Origin: Lophium mytilinum
Lineage: Eukaryota
Direction of reading: 5' to 3'
NCBI GenBank assembly: GCA_010093605.1
Contig: MU004188.1
Location: 375,673-439,672 of the forward strand
Length of the DNA stretch: 64,000 bases
This document shows, piece by piece, positions 62,154-64,000 of this stretch. A program made the translations under genes and the position numbers. The notes beneath the pieces are model-generated. The model had not been told where the DNA came from and made no database searches. It saw nothing but the letters and a program-made list of their open reading frames with translations. The number at the start of each line of letters is the position of its first letter. Within the stretch, counting starts at the first letter, position 1.

Positions 62154-64000
62154 GGTGGCCGGACTGGAGCAGCGCCAGGGTCAGAGAGGGGAGTGGTGGT
62201 AACAAAACGGGCGGCGTGCTCCAGGTTTGACGAGCGCAGAATTGGGAATCGGGCAGTGTTGCACAAGAGTTGGTCGCGGCGGGGCGATTGTTGAAGTGAG
62301 TGTCCCCAACAAGGCGGTTCGTTGAGGTAGAAAACGTGGCGGCGACGATGTTGATACTCGACACAAGCCGTAGGCACACACATACTCGGAATCAGAGCGG
62401 ACCAACAGTGTAACGGGCCGGCGTCTTTGCGGGTCTGTCTGCGGGTCTGCAGGCACGCTCTAGGGAGCCCTCTGGGTGCTAGACGGCGGGCGAGGGCAGC
62501 GGGGGGTTGCAAGCGCATAGTGGGAGCTGCGCGTGTGCTGGGCATATATGCGCTCTGGGCTGGGGCGAGGCGGAGAGCCTGCGGACGGCACCGTAGGTAC
62601 CTAGGTAGGTGGCTCAGGCAGGTGGCATGCTGGGGGAAAGGAGGAGGTGCCCAGGTGGCGGCTCGACACAGGCCGGGCTGTATTATTTTGCGTCCGTCTA
62701 GGTACGTCGTTGTCGCGGCCGAGGAGCATCGCACTGACACTGGCAGACTGGCAGGTAAGCTCCCTGACCTCCTACGACTGCCGGCGATGCAATATTTGCA
62801 ATTCTCGATTTCGCCGTCGTCCACGCCGGCCCTGTGTCCGTCGCCGCCGAAGTCCCCGTCTGTCTCCAGGCCTTTCTGATATCACTGTGCCGCCTTAATG
62901 GTCCCCTGCCCCCCTTCGCCTTGCACACCCACCCAGGCGCCCTGTCCGCGCTCTCATTCCTTAAGCTGTTTGCCGTTAGCCGGGGCTAGGTTGACGCAAG
63001 CTCCGCACCAATGAAGGGCCATAGTGGTGCGCTCCAAGTCCTCCACCCGCATCTTCTACGTCCGCCCCGACACCGCGCCGGGATGAAGCTCCTGCCCAGC
63101 CCGTATCAAAGCTCCCTCGGGAACCCAGCAGTGACGACAGCCGTTCTTATAGCGCGCCCGCAGCCCGCTGTCACTGGTTCGGCGTCGAATGCCGCACCTA
63201 TCTAGCCACACTGACACCCTGTCCAGCCCCTAGCACACACACCATCCGCGGGATATACACATTCTGACGCTCGCTCCCGCCTAGTTGCACTAGCATACAA
63301 GTACTCGTACGCCCCATTATCCCAGCGCCTCTGTCTCGAATTTCGTCGTGTTGCCTTGCACGCATACAGGAAGTAAGAAGCATTTGCTCATGACTAGACC
63401 TCTTCTCTCCTCTTTCTCGGAGTTGGCCCGACCCCAATCCCCCTCGTCGCAAGAGTCCACCGTCCTTCTACCTTGCGTCGAATCTTCCGCGGAAATCTGC
63501 TGTGCTGCTTAGGCGGAATGAACACAATGATGAGCAGCGGCCGTCGGTTTCGCCCATCATTCCACCTCTTTATCTCGGAGTACGCCCGAGCCCAATCATT
63601 CCGATGCCCTCCTCCGCCGTCTGCAACCTGTAAGCCGAGATCCATCGGGCATTGGGGTGCCTTTGATCCTGTGTGACAAGTCACACGCCGCGATACCCTG
63701 AGGCTCCCGCCGCGCGCCAAATATCTCGGCCTGGTTCTGGTTTGGGTTCGTGTACCCTGGAGTGCCAGGGGAGCGGTCCACCGACATCACTACTTGACGG
63801 GAGTGGGCAAGAAAAGGTGCAGATCCAACCGCCGTCCCCTTTGCCACCGCAATTGTAGCTGCATCCGGCTCTTTTGCGACACCAAGGGTGCGCCTGACAA
63901 TCGAGCTGCATGGATACTGCACTTCGTCGATGGAAAGGGGAGGTCGATATGAGCAATCGATTCACGCCTAGATTCACGGGCCGTTGATGAACTGCCATCT

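Noticed and set aside
62848..62990. GAAGTCCCCG ... CGGGGCT resembling RNase MRP/P P4 strands
   Set aside because: The spacing is short and the other conserved regions are absent; likely chance in a GC-rich promoter.

Overview
Gene-dense, intron-containing genomic DNA from a filamentous ascomycete (Pezizomycotina, probably Dothideomycete-like: short GT-AG introns with CTAAC/CTGAC branch sites). Housekeeping blocks occupy about 2-14 kb (RIC1, a VPS9-ankyrin-PX protein) and 40-57 kb (ATP10, GOS1, RPL35, a bHLH factor, TRAPPC11, RXT2). An accessory region lies between them at about 15-40 kb. It opens with four same-strand tRNA-like units that share one body but carry unrelated 65-107 nt anticodon-loop segments. 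Next is a putative catabolic cluster: NtaA/DszA-type flavin monooxygenase, alpha/beta hydrolase, flavin reductase, MDR reductase, AtuA/DUF1446 protein, Zn2Cys6 regulator, old yellow enzyme and GNAT. A foldback/MITE element and gene remnants are embedded in this cluster. The first intron of the cluster regulator appears to be a non-canonical AT-AC intron. A head-to-head pair follows, made of a secreted HExxH metalloprotease and an intact but catalytically dead paralogue. The window starts inside a secreted Kex2-processed repeat-peptide precursor. All calls come from manual translation and motif recognition; no database searches were run, and intron boundaries were placed by eye.
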